In this document: piece after piece, positions 13,625 through 27,400 of the stretch | How the letters are laid out: every line of letters starts with the position of its first letter | How positions within the stretch are numbered: position 1 is the first letter of the stretch | NCBI RefSeq assembly: GCF_037042905.1 | Contig: NC_087246.1 | Span: forward strand, 2,854,001-2,918,000 | Length of the DNA: 64,000 nt | Origin: Lytechinus pictus | Lineage: Eukaryota | Reading direction: 5' to 3' | Translations under genes and position numbers: made by a program | Notes under the pieces: model-generated | Seen by the model: only the letters and a program-made list of their open reading frames with translations | Told to the model about the DNA's origin: nothing | The model's database searches: none

Positions 13625-13874
13625 TCAGGTGACGCTTTCGAACTCTCACGTGATATCGGTCAGCTGCGCGCACGTGACAAACAGATATCATATCCCATGT
13701 ACGTACACACACGGGCTGCGATCGTTCCTAGTCCCGGGACGCTAGACTAGTCACAAATGATATCAACTTTTCTGAGTTTTTAAAGGATTTGGCCCGACTT
13801 CTGACGTTGCATGTACTGAAGGACAGTGGAAGGCATCATCAGTTAGTTGCTGAAAAATTTCATTCAAGTCAAAG
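13625..13874 (+). promoter_or_regulatory. Candidate PLBD2 promoter with CLEAR-like E-boxes and a non-coding first exon
   Basis: TCACGTGA at 13646-13653, CACGTGAC at 13671-13678 and TCAGGTGAC at 13625, in a CpG-richer non-repetitive patch. Donor-like AAG|GTAACT at 13874/13875. The PLBD2 ATG exon opens at a splice acceptor (18416), so an upstream exon should exist. Confidence 0.5.
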
Positions 13875-14338
13875 GTAACTCAAACTCAAAGAAAAAAGCT
13901 AAAAAAGATGAAGATGTCATGATGATCCATTCACAATCAGTGAATCACACTGAGCTGACACTGACATAGACTGTTTAGACATAGGCCTAGTCATGATTCA
14001 ATCGATGCACTCAAGGCTCAACCTCGTTCGTAGGATGAGTGGCTCAAGCCAAGGGTTCATTACCACTCACACGTATTGCGAGGTTAGTATTATCAGTATA
14101 CTAACCTCGCACCATGAACCACTTTTGGCAGTGGATTTCTAGTGCCGGTGGGTCGCGCGTGCTGGGATCTCACTTCTGAAGTTCTGGTGTCCACAACACA
14201 TGACTTCTAATGTTACGTTCTATGCCTATGGCTTGATTTTTCTGTGTGCAATTTTACTTTGCATACTACTTACTAGTAGGTCTATACTAACATATTTTCA
14301 GTAAAAGCCCTGATTTTAAATTGAGAGACACACCTACT

Positions 14339-14934
14339 TAGCCAGGCGGCTTCTAGAGAGTAAAAATCATTTACTAACGAGTAACGTAAGGTTACTCTCA
14401 TACGAAGCCAGGGAGTCCTCCCTATTCATCTACTCTACGACTACGTGTACCGCAAAAAACCCTGAAACTTTCGCCCCCGAGATTTCTACTTTCCTTCTAA
14501 AAGATCTAGCTCTAAATCATGTAAATGGGATAAAACTTCATTTCCGACATTTCTACGCTCTCGTTGTTATTTTTAAACAAGAATTCATCAAAAAAAAATA
14601 AAAAAATATTGTGAAAAGACGGAAGAGACTTGCCCGATGTTTACGCCGCCATCTTGTTTCTTATTGTACTTCCCCAACGTTACGGACGCTCGATTTTTTT
14701 TGATGAATTCTTGTTTAAAATTAACAACGAGAGGGTAGAAATGTCGGAAATGAAGTTTTATCCCATGTACATGATTTAGGTCTAGATCTTTTAGAAGGAA
14801 AGTAGAAATCTCGGGGGTGAAAGTTTCAGGTTTTGGCTTCCTTTGTGTGGGTCTATGAGATAGAAGCCCTGGCTTCGTATGAGAGTAACCTTATGTTAGT
14901 AAATGATTTTTACTCTCTAGAAGCCGCCTGGCTA
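14339..14934. mobile_element. hAT-type palindromic MITE
   Basis: TAGCCAGGCGGC...GCCGCCTGGCTA with long inverted arms; 8-bp TSD CACCTACT. Confidence 0.85.
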
Positions 14935-15498
14935 CACCTACTCGACTTTAAATCCTAGTAGATATATCCTATAAAAGAAAAAAAAAAGAGGAAGGAAAAG
15001 AAAAAAAGAAAGGAAAAAGAAATAAATATTTGAATTTTACTTTATTCATTTACTTTTTTTTTTCCAAAGAAAACAAACGTTGATAATAAAATATTTATGA
15101 TGGCGATAATAGTCAAATTTGACTGGTTGCCAAATAAAAATAAGAACCCCCCCCCCCCCCGGCATGTAATGTAATGAACCCTTGGGTGAACATGCCGCCG
15201 TGCACAGGAAAATCAAGCCAAGGGGCAAGGCACAACGCATGCATATTATGTGCAACACTTCCATGGGATAATACAACTAAAATTAATAAAATAATTAGAA
15301 TAAAATAATTAATAAATATTTATTTATGTCACTTACCAAACGATGTGATTCCAATTTTTCTCCAGTATTAATTTTTTTTTTTTTTCCATTTTTTCTTCTC
15401 AGCTCGGACTGTTCTCGTCGACAATAGTTTATGCGGCGATTCCAAATTTTTTTGTCTAAAGAGGGTGAGCGATTTATATTCAAAGACACTACAAGGGA

Positions 15499-15947
15499 TA
15501 GACCAAAAGCTTCGGTCTCTGTTTTGGTTGTTCCGCTAAACCCCGTTGGCTCCACTCACCAAATACAGAGACCGAAGTTCTAGCTCGATCTGTACAGGGA
15601 CTCAATGGCCATATGTTTATGTATTAAGTTTGGATAAACAGGGAAGTGAAGTTGCGCGACAGCCGAAGTAAGTCGCTGTTTTTTCCCCTTTTAAGATTTT
15701 TTCCCCCCGTTTTGGTGCATTTCAGTCCAAAAGGGAATAATAACCTTTATTTTGGTACAGTTCTTTTTATATATTTTTATGAAATAAAGACAAAAATCGA
15801 TGAGCCCCATCGGGGGGAATTTGCATTGTAAGTCCCCTAATGGCGGCGGCACGCTAGCGAGCCGTCTGTGTATGAGGAGAAATAAAAATAAATAAAAATG
15901 TTTAAAAAACTCCTGGAAACAGACGGCTGCCAGCTGTCTATAGCCTA
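15499..15947 (-). mobile_element. AcademH-type MITE
   Basis: TAGACC...GCCTA; 9-bp TSD TACAAGGGA (15490-15498, 15948-15956). Shares its terminal block with 53587-57701. Confidence 0.8.
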
Positions 15948-16081
15948 TACAAGGGAAAGACTAGTTAATAGGTACCTTAACTATTTTACATCCAAATCTA
16001 TGCAAAACATTACGTGAAGTCCATGAAGTTAATGCTCACGTGAAGTGTCCAATCTTTTCATTTTATAATACTATAGACTTG

Positions 16082-17972
16082 CAGGCCTTAAATTTCATCA
16101 TTTTTAGGGCAAGGCCAGTTTGGCCTTGAATACCTCATATTTTGGAGGGCATTAAGGCCACTACAGAGGGCACCACGGCCAAAATATTTTTCCAAGAAGG
16201 GCATCGAAGTCCAATCTGTTTAGGTATCCTTTTTTTTAGATGTCAAATGTACTTACTCTTGTACGGGGTGCTACATAAAGGAAGTGAATTTCAATATAGA
16301 TCTAGTTGGAAAATACTTGCCTGAATATATATTTCACTTGCCCCCCAAAAAACTTTCAAAGCAAGATTTTACCGCATCAAAAGAAAGTAGTGTCGTTCTA
16401 TGTACATGTACCGTTGCCCTTTTCCTCTTTTTAACATGAACTGATGCACCTTGTATTTGTAAAATATGTCATGACTGAAATTAGTGTGTTGATATGCCAA
16501 TTTAATGATTTCCTCTCTCATATATATTTTCATGTACTTTGGTGACCATGGCACATAATAATGAAAAAAGAAAGAAAATAATGGAAGAAGAGAAAGAACG
16601 AAAAGAAAAGGGAGAGGAAGAGAGAAGGAAGCAAAGAAAAAAATTAATGAAAGAAAGAATGAAATAAAAAAAGGAAATTAAAAAAAGAAGGAAAGTAAGA
16701 AAAAGAAGGAAGGAAAGAAAAAACAATGAGGGACTTAAAGAAGGAAAGAATGAAGAAAATAAATGAACACAGAAAGGAAGGAATGCTAGGAAATGATCAG
16801 AAACAAAGATAGATGGAATGGAAAAGGGAATTCAGGAAGGATAGGATGAAAAAAGAAGGAATTGGAAAAAAGGAAAGAAAAATCAGGAAAGAAGGAAAGA
16901 AAGAACAAAGGGGGAAAGGGGAAGGAAAGAATGAAGCAAAGAGAGAATGAAAGCAAGAAAGGAATGGAAGGAAAGAATGAAAAGAAAAAGTAGAGGAAGG
17001 GAGCAAAGAAAATTTTAAGGAAAGAAAGAAAAACGGAAATAAAGAAAAAAGAAGGAAAGTAAGAAAAGGAAGGAAGGAAAGAAAGAAAAATGAACAGAGA
17101 GAGAGAGAAAGAATCAAGAAAGAAAAACTAGGAAAGATGGATGGAACAAAAAAGGCGAGAAGAAAGGATATGAAGAATGAATGATAGAAAAGAAATAAAA
17201 AATGAAAGGAAGAAAGAGGGAAAAAAGTTAAAACTTCAAGCAAACAAAGAAAAATGTAATCATCTAACAATAATCTTACTAATATTTGGGTTTTTTTAGA
17301 TATATTTTTAAAATTGTTTTAGAAATGAATAACATTTCAAAGGTAAAACATTGCGGCAGCATCACACGTACACAGGCATCTTTTCCCATTACAAGTTCGC
17401 ACCGATAACAAGAAGACTCGAAACAAAAGGCAAAACAACTCAGAAACTCAAAAACTAGCTCCCATTACATCACCAAATCAGTAATCTGAGAATCCATGTA
17501 CATTTAAAATAAATTTCCCTCCGAGTTGTGATTATTTGGGTGGAAAAACTGGCGAGAAAAGTCTGCAAAAGTACCACTGTGATCCTGCATGCCTGCGCTG
17601 CCACACACAGGCAGGCCATGCCACGTGGTGGAGCAGCTAGTATTTATGCTGACTTTGCGTGTGTGTGTGTTTGTGTGTAGATCACAGAATTAAGCACAAA
17701 CTGGCTTGCAATTTGAATTGAGGGAAGTTGTTAACTTTGTTTTTGTTCTCTCTTGTATTTTTGCTTGTGAAATATGGGAGAACTTTGTAAACTTCAATCT
17801 CACAGTGAAAAAGGGCACAGCTGGTTTTGAAAAAAGGGCACGTAGGCCAGCTTGAAAAAAAGGGCACAGCCTTTTTGGCCGTGAATTGTTCATTTCTTTT
17901 AAGGGCATCACGGCCAGTTATAGGGGCATCGGCGGCCTGGCCGTCGATGGCCGTCGATTAATTTATGCCCTG
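16082..17972. mobile_element. Non-autonomous DNA transposon containing a purine-rich low-complexity tract (16560-17250)
   Basis: CAGGCCTTAAATT...AATTTATGCCCTG imperfect TIRs flanked by GACTTG; internal AGGGCA/CGGCC repeats. Confidence 0.5.
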
Positions 17973-18438
17973 GACTTGGTGGACCGTTAATTACAAAGCT
18001 TGTACTGCTTGTTTTGTTCAAGGCATGTAGATTTTTTCTATTTTTAAAAAAAATCAGTCATTTTTAATTATTTCAAAAAAGAGTGTTATGATCGCCAATA
18101 ATCTTAAATTACGTTTTTGGAGGTATTTCATTTATTGGTGCCCATATTTATTCACTTGCGTGAGTTTGTTCAATAAAATGAAAAAAATTGACAGGTTAAC
18201 ATCCTCCAATTGTGTCAAATCATCAGCAGTTCTTTTTTTGAATACTATTCAAAGTTTTGTTTAATATGCCATTTTACCACCACAAGAGTGTGATAGACCT
18301 CAATACATGCGGTCTTGATCCAAGTTAACAATCAATCATAGTTACACAACATCAGCTCAGGATAGCCCTAAAAGACTCATTTTTGACCAGTAGCTTTTGA
18401 TTTTCTTCTGTTTAGGAAAGAATAAGGCAGAGAAAAGA

Positions 18439-21400
18439 ATGAAGTTGGCATCAATTTTGTACCTTTGCTTGAGTGCAAGCCTAGCTATTATCCAATCAGG
18501 ATGCACTGCCAAGATCAAGGAGAAGTATTACCCAAACATATCCAAGAATGTGATTGCATCCGTGACCTATGACCCTTCCCAGGAGACCTTTGAACTTGTG
18601 GAAGGCAGGATCGAGAATGCAGTGGCATGGGCAAACTTTACAGATGCTATTAATCAGACAGGGTGAGCAAAAGTTATTTCTTGTGAAAGTTTAGCAATGA
18701 AATAGTCCTCGGACAAATTTGTTACTATATATATGCATTGGTGTCATTGTGACACCATCTATAGGATGTAGTCACCCATCACCTTTTAAGCATTGGTAAT
18801 CTGCAGCTGGTGCATCTCTGACAATTCTGTCTATGCATAATTCTGTATTCTCAAAGGGGGGGGGGGGGTATGACCTCACATGCATAAGTTCTGTTTTCTT
18901 CTATCCCCCCCTCTTTCCCATGTAGTGAATTTCCCAATATGTCACTATTGCCCTGAAACCAGTGGGGGATCTAGCGAGAGGTTAGAGGGACACGTCCCCC
19001 TTTGATTTCTATAATAAATAAGTATTTACTTTTTTTTTTTTTATACCGTACTCATCAGTGGTCTTCATATTTACCCAGGGTAGTCACTTCAGTTCCGAAA
19101 ACTGTTCTCCTAGCACGTCCTGCTTATTACCCCTGGCTTTAACTGGGCTGCCAAACCTTCATTTTTAACTCTTATTGTTTATGAATACATACATGTAGTA
19201 ATACCTAACCCTCTTGATGTCAAGATCAATTTTCCCTTTAACCCTAATTTAACTGGGATGTTTCAGACCAGGTAGGGGGGTGGGGGTCAAATTGACCCCC
19301 TTCAGATCTCTACTGCTGATCGCCGTGAAAATTTGCACTCTCGTAGAGTCAGATGTAAACTGCAAGACTGTTAAATAAAATTTTCTAGAAATTGATTGTA
19401 TCTTTTAAGTAATTAGTTATGCAAATAAGTGTATGAAATTTTGTTTTTGCCTTTATAGGTTAAGTCCACTCAAGGAAAATGTTGTTTCGAAACAATATAG
19501 AAAAATAAAACAAGCATAACACTGACAATTTTATCAAAATTAGATGTAACATAAGAAAGTTATGATATTTAAATGTTTCGCTTATTTTTCACAAAAAGTT
19601 AGGTCTATATGCACAACTCAGTGAAATGAATGCAAATGAGAGAGTCAATGATGTCCCTCACTATTTATTATTTTTTTATTGTTTGAATTATAGTTCAATT
19701 TTTACAGATTAACAATAAGGATCAACTTGATTGAACCATAAAATATGAAAACAATAGTAATTTTTTGTTAAGGTGGACCTGTCCTTTTAAATAACTTTAA
19801 ATAGCTTGTAGAATGCTAATTTTTGGTGAAAATATTAGTTTTGACATTTCTTATTAAAATCTACAGAAAAAATGCCAAAACATTAATTTCCTATGTATTT
19901 TACTGTTTTGTGTGAATTTATTGAATTATGTATTTCTTTTTGTGATCATAAACAGCATAAAATAGATCTTTGAACCAACAAAAGTGCAAATAGTCAAACA
20001 TTAAAGATTTTTGGTTGAAAACGCAATTTGCATTTTCACAACATTATGTTTTAGAGTAAATTTTGGTCTGACATGCACTTACAAAATGTTACATACTTTC
20101 GGAAACGCGTACCCAGGCGTTGCAAATGTGGTCTCAGAAGATGCGCAAGACTTGAAAGGAAAAAGTCACAGAGCGACATGTTTAAAAAAATTGTGTGGCA
20201 ATTTACAATTTAGTCACAAAATTCATCTCCCATTTAAATAAGGGTTAAGTGTGTCTATTTTTTTCTTGATAGATGGTCTCATCTGACAGTGACAACCAAT
20301 GGGTCTTACACTGATTCCATCCAAGCCTATGCTGCTGGTTTAGCTGAGGGTCATGTTTCTGCAACATTCATCTTTATGAATTGGATTAATACAATCAATA
20401 CATTCTGTCAAGATGAGACACAGTACTGTCAGAAACTCAAAACCTTCCTGACTACAAACCTGGAATGGATGCAGCAGCAGATCAAACTCAAGTCTCAGGA
20501 TCCATATTTTCATCAGGTAGATGATTTACTCATGATTTTTTCTCCTTTTTATTTTTAAACTCTAGGTGATATTTATGTAGAAGTTGATATTTTTCTTTTC
20601 TTGTCTTTTAATCTAGATTGAAGATGTTAGCTATATTTAAAACATTGTCAGGTGTGTTAGTATTGTTTATTAACAAAAGGACGAGACACTCTCTTGTCTA
20701 GATGTAGTTCAACTAAAAGTAAAGCAAGATATGATTCACCAATTATTTGAACATTGATATACCAATCAGACCATATTGCGGGCATGATGCCACATGTCAT
20801 GAAAATAAGTCAGCAAAAATCAAACTCATAGTAAATCAATTGACTCTGTTTTCACTCAGAGGATCACAGAATGGTACCAGTTACAAACCTTGCTATGCGT
20901 ATTTGTTTTCTAAAAGATTCAGTTCAATATATCAACATTCATGCAACTCTCAGCTCGTGTTTTACAGTACAGGCATGCACATACACTTAATGCTACACAA
21001 TTTTTCATCGGGATTAGATAATCTGGTTATACAGATTTTATGGACTGATGGTACTACAGAGGCGCAATGTACTTTTTGTGTTATGAAAAGAATGTTTATC
21101 TACCAAAATGAATTATGTGAGTGTGAAGAAGTTAGAGGGGTGTATGAATATTATGGCCCCCTAGTCATACATGTATAGCAGAAACCTGACTGGGTTATTA
21201 TGACATATTTTGTGTTTAGTTATCAGTTAAAAAGAAACAAAAGAGCATTTATAAGTCTTTAAAATGCCTCATGTAGGTTATAACATTTATTATTGTTACT
21301 GTACATTAGCTATGTTATTGATGAAAACAAGCCGTAGCTGTTCCATTAGCTGGAATCCTGTTCAGCCTCTTTCACAATTAGGGTTTTCCCCAGTATTTTA

Positions 21401-24400
21401 CTATTGCTGAAAGGGAGGATAAGCAAGGAAAAGCAGAGATGAGCAGAATTCTTGCTGGATGATATGGTTAGGCCTTTTTGAGGTACCTGTATTAATTGCG
21501 GCTTATCAACATGATCTTATATTGAGCTATCTTCAGCATACATTTTTAATGAAGCAATAAATGCATTATCAAATTTTTGTATTCCTTTCTCTCTCATTTT
21601 TCCCTTCAGCTGAATCTTCTATTGCTACAGATATCAGGATTAGAGGATGGCTATTTAGGATTACCAGCTAATCCTCAGATAGACCTAGATCCATTTGGAT
21701 TTCTGTAAGTATTCCCCACTCATTGTTTGTTTGTTGTCTGAGCCTAGACTGTGAATGGTCATTGGAATAATAGGAGACTCTTCCATTTTTTTTTAATTAT
21801 GTTTAGTATGTATATTTATTTATGTCATTGAATATAAGCATTGTTAAAGGAGAATGAAACTCTTGGAGCAAGTTAGCTTTTGTGAAAGCAGAAAAATCAA
21901 AGAATAAGATCAACAAAAGTTTGAGTAAAATAGGACTAGCAATAGAAGAGTTATGAGCATTTGAATGTCGAGATCACTAATGCTATGGAGATCCTCCCAT
22001 TGGCAATGCGACCAAGATCTATGATGTCACAGATGAACAACTCTCCCCTTTTGGACACTGAAAATATACCCCAAAACATCTCTTTTTGCTCGTTCTAATC
22101 ATATGACAAACGATTCATCAATGATATAATGTTGTGAAACCTCTGTACTTGTCCTCTCATAAAGAGAACACAGGTCTCACCTTGTGAAAGACTCTATAAA
22201 AGTGAGAATATAAGTGAAATAAGTACTAAAGTAATGAGGGAGTTGTACGTGTGTGACATCACAGATCTTGGTCGCATTGCCAATGGAGGAACTACATGGC
22301 ATTAGTGATCTCAATATTCAAATGCTCATAACTTTCTTATTATTCATTCAATCTTCCTCAAACTTTCAACAATATGTTTCTTTGATTTTTCTCTTTGATA
22401 TGAATTCAGCTGGTTTCAATGGTTTCATTCTCCTTTAAGAGAATATATGATTGAATTAATGAATGGATGACGATATCATTAAATTAGGGAAAATTTTTCA
22501 TAAACAGTTTATTAATTTGATGAAAGCAGATTTCCTTAATACATTATGGAGATATCAGAGAGATATAAGTCAGGCAAGACTGCCAGATGCATTCCACTTA
22601 CAGATTTGTCATTAAGGACCCTTTTAATTGAATAACAAAGGTTATAACAATGTCAAATTCACATGTACAGGAGGAATCAAATTTTCAGATTGCAACCTAT
22701 TTTTTTTTCTTTTTCTTTAAATTCTGTTCAGTCTCTTCCAAACCGGTGGTGATTTGGAAGATCTAGAGAGTGCCCTCAGCAAATCCAGGAAGCAAAGAAT
22801 GCCTGGAGATGGGCATTGCTCTGCGCTTATTAAACTGTTGCCTGGCAACACGGACCTCTTTGCATCACATGACACATGGGATGGATACCAAGGCATGCTC
22901 AGGACCATCAAAAAATACAACTTTGCTTTTCATCTCACAGAAACATCTGGTATCTATTAATTATGTTCACGTTCAGTTTAATTCAATGGCTTTCTGTAAA
23001 TATGTACATTATGGCAATTCCTTATGACTTGAGTAAAATAATTCCTTTAGCGATGTTTGCATTTATAACTGATTTATAGCTTGCCTTCTAACCTTAATGT
23101 TCAAAATGCTAACTTGGAAAAAAGACATTTATGCTGATGTTAACAACACGTTGTGACTTTTCCCCAAAGAACAACAAATAGGATTGATTATAGTATGATG
23201 TTGAATCTAATAGCAGTAATCAGTAAAATCATTAGCGTACCATCGGTCAGCGGGCAGATGGTCCATTGCAAATCTTGCAGTTTGAATTACTTCCTCACTT
23301 TTTAACCAATTCTCATTTTATTTGGAACACAGGTCTTGGAGTAAAGACAAATTTGTCAGAAATTGTGTAGCCATTGTTACCACATATTATAGCCAAAAAT
23401 CCTGGAAAACTAATTGCGGATCAAACTACTTCCCCATTTTTCTGGCCAGTGCTCATGAAAGTTGGCACCAACATTCAGAACTTGGGTAAAGACATGGAAG
23501 ATTCCTTTTACAAATGTGTTGGAAACTGCATTGCCATGGTAATGGCATATGAGCATCATCTTCAGTGATATTCCTAGTTGTGTTTAAAGAGGCATCATAC
23601 ATATAATGTTTTGATTTCTAGATGAAGTTATCCCCGGTCAAACAGCAGCCTTCTCATCTGCCCCTGGTATGGTTTTGTCTGGAGATGATTTCTACATTAC
23701 CAACTCCGGCCTGGTAGGTATACCAATGACGAGTATTATGCAACCTTGGAAAAACTCAATCTAGTACTAAAGATTGGATAGATTTTGAGAAAGAAGACGG
23801 GTGATGGTGACAGTGAAATCCAGTATTGATTGAAAAAGGAAAGCTATTGAAAAATAAAACCCAAGATATAAAACAAGTTTTTGTTTCTATTTTATTTATT
23901 CAATTGGATATTTTTTCATTGAAACAGCTTTTTTGTGTGTTTGTGGAATAAAAGACTAATTTTTTAAAATGTAAAATATCATATAAATATTTGTGACTGG
24001 AAAAGCATGGGTCTATTGGAATTTGGAAATATGTGTTATAGCACTATTAACAGATTTTCCAATATGATAACACAAACTAAGCAATCTAGGGTATGTATTC
24101 TATAGAGCAGTTTTATGCCTACATGTAAACTGTTAAGGCTTTTTACTTACCGGGTATTCTTCATATATAAACTAAAGAGACTGATTGTGTATTATGGTAT
24201 TTCAAGTATATATCAACAGGGTGTTTTATTATTAATCACTGTTTCATGTTTATGTTCTCTAGGTGACCATAGAGACAACCATCGGCAATTCTAACAATGA
24301 ACTGTGGAAGTATGTCCAGCCTAGTGGTCAGATTTTAGAATGGGCCAGGAATATAATCGCCAATCGATTGGCAAAGAATGCATCACACTGGGCGGACATC

Positions 24401-27400
24401 TTTACAAAATACAACAGTGGCACGTAAGTCTAAATGCTGATGATGTCCTAAAGCATCATTATGTTAATAGATAACTCGGCATTTACCGTGTTTACATGTG
24501 ATCGGCTTTTGGTTCAGAACCTAAAGCCGATGCAGAATCGGCTTTTGGTTTATCTTGCACCGCGTTTACACGCTGTCACAGCTCGTGGTGCAGAATCGGC
24601 TCGCGTAGCAAAAACCTGAAATGATCAGCGCACCAACAATATACGTCATAATAAAGACAACGCTGGCTGCGTGCGCTTACAAGTACGTCATAATGGTAAA
24701 GTAAATAAAATGCGCGCCAATTGCCGATGCAGCATCGGCTTTCTGTTTACACTTAGAAAGAAGCCGATTCTGCATCGGCTCGCGGTTCTGAACCTACTAC
24801 TTTGGTCAGTGGTGCAAAATTGCAGATTCTGCACCGCGAGCCGATGCAAGTTAATCGCGTTTACACGCAATGAAAAAGCCGATGCAGAATCTGCTTTTTT
24901 GTTGCAGTGTGTAAACACCTAATATATCATGAAATTGGGAACCACCGTTCACTTTGTTTAGCAGCAGCACTTTATTTAGTCACACGCACGATTCCCTTTT
25001 TCCACCTTCATTCACTTTGCACACAAGAGCGCGCATACAAATTGACGGGTGGTTCCCGAAACCACAATTTGGCCGATAACTCATGGTTATGGTCACATCC
25101 AGGGACGTCAGTAGTACCATTCTTAATTGGGCCGTTGCCCCTCGGGAGAAGGGTAATATTGATGTCCCTTCGATGTGAATAGTTTTAGCCAGATCGAGTG
25201 CCATGGTGTATTTGTATGATTATTTTCTGTAAAATAATCAATATGACTGATTACCAGATATAAAGAAGGACCCCCATCCCACTATATATAAAGATTAATC
25301 TTAAACACGTGCACTCGAGATTACAATGTTGCAAGCCATACTTGAAATTAATTTGATTAATCACCACTCAGTGTGAGACGGCTCCTTGTGAATGTTTAGA
25401 ATTAATCTTATCAGGTTGAGAAGATTCATGCAAAATTTCTCTTTAAATATCAATTGAACAGATTTATAGGATTTCAGTGAAAATTGATGTGCATGTATAA
25501 TAAATAGGCATGAGATACCGGAGTTTCCCATCGCAAACATTTTGTGGATTTTTGATAATTTTTTGATTATTTAGAGAGAATTCAATGTAGGTTAATGCCG
25601 ATATTTATTTTTGTTTGTTTTTAAAGGTACAACAATCAATGGATGATTGTTGATTATAACAAGTTTACTCCAGGTCAGACTCCTTCAGATGGACTTCTTG
25701 TGGTATTAGAACAAATCCCGTAAGTCATTTAAACCTTCCAAGGTCTTTCAGTTCATGCCTTCCAGTGTTACCAATGTCCAGAGCCTTCTTTGCTATTAAC
25801 TTTTGTATAGATAGTTCGCATGGTTTGCAAAAGTTGAAAGATTAAAGATGAATTTAACTGAATAATGAATCCCAAGCGCATGGAAGAAAAAGGATTAATC
25901 AGTCAAACTACAGGTGAAATCCCAGGAAAACTGTAGTGTAGAAATAAAGCTTGCAATCAGAAGCACATTGATAAATGCACAGTGATTTTAAGTTTAGTGT
26001 TCAGTGTTGGTGTTGAGAGTGTGAAAAGGCTGCTGAACAGAGCTCCAACACCGATCTGGGTTCAAAAGAACGATACTGATCGTGTTATCAATAGCCTATG
26101 ACTTACTTGACCTGAGCTGATTGAATATTATAATTTTACACTTGGACTTTTTTTTATTTGATCAAGCGAGGATCTTGAGATAGAACATGATTGAGATTCA
26201 CTGTATGCCATGCCCATGGCCACTTTATATGTCAGCATTCTGCTTCAAATTGTATAGTATATTCTGACATGTTTTCTCTTTCATTTCATTTAAAGTGGAA
26301 CAATACAGGCAGAAGACATGACATATTACTTGAGAGAGCATTCCTACTGGCCATCCTATAACATACCGTAAGTATCCCCATCACTATATGCATGCATGCT
26401 GAGATATAGAGTAAAAATTATATCAGATTGAAGCTCATGTAATCAAGCCAAAGACACTTGTTTGGTCTGATGAATTTTGATGGAATGCCCTTAAATTTAT
26501 TAAAATACATAACATTAGAGATATGAGTAATAAGATCTACAAACGTTCACCCATTTTTCGATATTTTTTTTCGATATTTTCATAAGGTGTAATATGTTTT
26601 AAAGAAATCCTTGATTGACAGTATGATGGAAATGTAAAAACAAATTTCTCTGTGTGAATTGGAAAACTTTCTAACTTAAAAACTTATTCTATATCAGTTT
26701 CTAGCAATTTCAGTACTGCTTCGACAATTCAAGTAACAAAACCTGATGAGAAAATTGTTTAAAATTCATTGTTGCAAAATTGGTAATGCTAAGGCTCATT
26801 AACCCAAACTGTGATGAATGTAAATATCCCATAGACACCACAATACCAGGGATATGTCTAAGAAAGAGTTTTGTTTAAATCCATTAAATCAAAATCATGG
26901 ACAACTATATGTGTCATAATATTCTATTAGAAGGTATGTGAACTGTCATATTGTAAACCTGATCCGATCAGTCGTAGCTACAGAAATCATTCAGGTCATT
27001 ACTCTTCATCTAGGATGCATACACAGGCCTGCATGTTTTCATATTGTTCGCATCAAGGAGCACAAGGTGAAAACAATGACCCATGCACAAGTTTTCTTCA
27101 TGTTGAGATCATTATGATTGCTTGGTTTTATCATGTTCAGGTTCTTTGAGGACATCTATGACAAGAGTGGCTGGCCTGCCAATAAGCGCAGGTATGGTAA
27201 TTGGTTTTCATACAATAAGACAGCGAGAGCAAACATCTTCAGAAGAAATGAGACGGATGTGACTGATCTGAAATCTATGATAAATCTCATGAGGTAGATG
27301 AGCTCTGATTTAATTTTTGTTTGCTTCATTTCTGCTCTTTGTCCTGATTGTCTTTTCTCTTCTTCATATCGTCTGATTACCTTCAGACCAACCTAACATA

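Noticed and set aside
16502..17270. F/S/L-rich ORFs that look like membrane proteins
   Set aside because: They are translations of a purine-rich low-complexity tract; the same applies to 47903-48415.
20747..21178. 143-aa intronic ORF
   Set aside because: Non-ATG start, no recognisable motifs, and it lies within a PLBD2 intron.
22800..22850. PLBD1 assignment, because of GHCSALIK
   Set aside because: ETTIGN, CDCNPPYSAENAIAARSDLNP..G.YPF and the GPTHDQQPPFQWS C-terminus fit PLBD2 better.
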